Assembly: GCA_051251855.1 (NCBI GenBank)
Contig: JBPOGI010000001.1
Coordinates: 416,001 to 480,000 of the forward strand
DNA length: 64,000 bases
Direction: 5' to 3'
From: Roseibacillus sp.
GTDB lineage: Bacteria > Verrucomicrobiota > Verrucomicrobiia > Verrucomicrobiales > Akkermansiaceae
In this document: positions 63,447 to 64,000 of the stretch, one piece after another
Position numbering within the stretch: position 1 is the stretch's first letter
Layout of the letters: the number at the start of each line of letters is the position of its first letter
The notes under the pieces: generated by a model
What the model was told of the DNA's origin: nothing
Databases searched by the model: none
What the model saw: the letters and a program-made list of their open reading frames with translations, nothing else
Program-made: the position numbers and the translations under genes

Positions 63447-63580
63447 TCAAGTATTCTAAAGTGCGTTGAAGATGTCGGAAAAACCCCAATAGATAAGAAG
63501 CTTTTTACCGATTTGAAGGACAAAGACAAGGTGGAAATCGTGCGGTGGAGGGATATCTTAACTCTTTGTATGGTTTTCTT

Positions 63581-64000
63581 TCACCTCACCAAGCCGGCCA
63601 TGGTTTTGGTCATAAATTTGCGGGCGAGTGGGGTGTGCTGCATGGTGCGGAAGAATCCTTTGCGAAGTGGACTGAGCCATTCGTGGTCGGACTGGAACCA
63701 TGGGGTGAGCTGGCGGGAAGAGAAGCGATAGTAGGCCAGTTGGAAGCGACGGGCTTTGGCATAGGCGGCAAGGGCTTGGGTAAGAGAGTTCGCTTGCAGG
63801 CATTTGGCGAGGGAGGAGGCGTCCTGGAGGGCAAGGTTAACCCCCTGTCCAAGTTGAGGGCTCATGGCGTGGGCAGCATCGCCGAGGATAACAGCGCCTT
63901 GGCGATGAGGGCTTGGGAGGCGAACGTCACCGTAGCGGGCGGTGAGGACTTGGGACCAGTCTTCGATTTGAGCCAGAAAGGGTTCTGCACGCGGGGTGAC
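63581..64000 (-). CDS. FAD-dependent monooxygenase, 3' part (start outside window)
   Basis: ILGDAAHAMSPQLGQGVNLALQDA; frame open to window edge. Confidence 0.88.
   Translation of the reverse strand, partial: VTPRAEPFLAQIEDWSQVLTARYGDVRLPSPHRQGAVILGDAAHAMSPQLGQGVNLALQDASSLAKCLQANSLTQALAAYAKARRFQLAYYRFSSRQLTPWFQSDHEWLSPLRKGFFRTMQHTPLARKFMTKTMAGLVR

Noticed and set aside
63474..63511. Imperfect inverted repeat tcggaaaaa...tttttaccga upstream of the secreted protein/Hcp pair
   Set aside because: Short, imperfect and single-copy; cannot be supported as an operator.

Overview
Bacterial chromosomal window, probably from Verrucomicrobiota. This is inferred from the kdsB-pyrG linkage, the Lys/Ala-tailed RpoD, an SHD1-like protein and a 'DxDGDG..EFAF..DP..S.NL..W' C-terminal domain. 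Bases 1-15.2 kb are an accessory, partly decaying block downstream of a tRNA-Tyr 3' end. It holds a complete N-type ATPase operon (atpD-C-Q-R-B-E-F-A-G), glgX, ppsA, a cytochrome c lipoprotein, a rhodanese, a USP, and two unannotated 3' gene remnants (P-type ATPase, Zn-ADH). Bases 15.5-33.7 kb are mostly housekeeping (rRNA methyltransferase, rplI, sufS/sufE, rpoD, dnaG, pyrG, kdsB, SSS transporter) with several REP-like repeat families. Bases 33.7-42.5 kb are a TetR (NemR-like operators)-RND efflux operon followed by two paralogous exported CxxC peroxiredoxin-like genes, one fused to SnoaL. Bases 43.4-49.3 kb are a putative defence spot: PD-(D/E)XK protein, membrane NERD nuclease, an MmeI-like Type IIL RM gene with an apparently swapped TRD, and a 217-bp MITE. 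Bases 50.4-59.9 kb are a complete extended reductive pyrimidine catabolism operon. The most unusual item is at 61.3-63.4 kb: an orphan Hcp (T6SS/phage tube fold) protein carrying a Sec-type signal peptide, co-oriented with a secreted multidomain protein and with no other T6SS gene in the window. All calls come from reading the sequence and motifs; no database searches were run.
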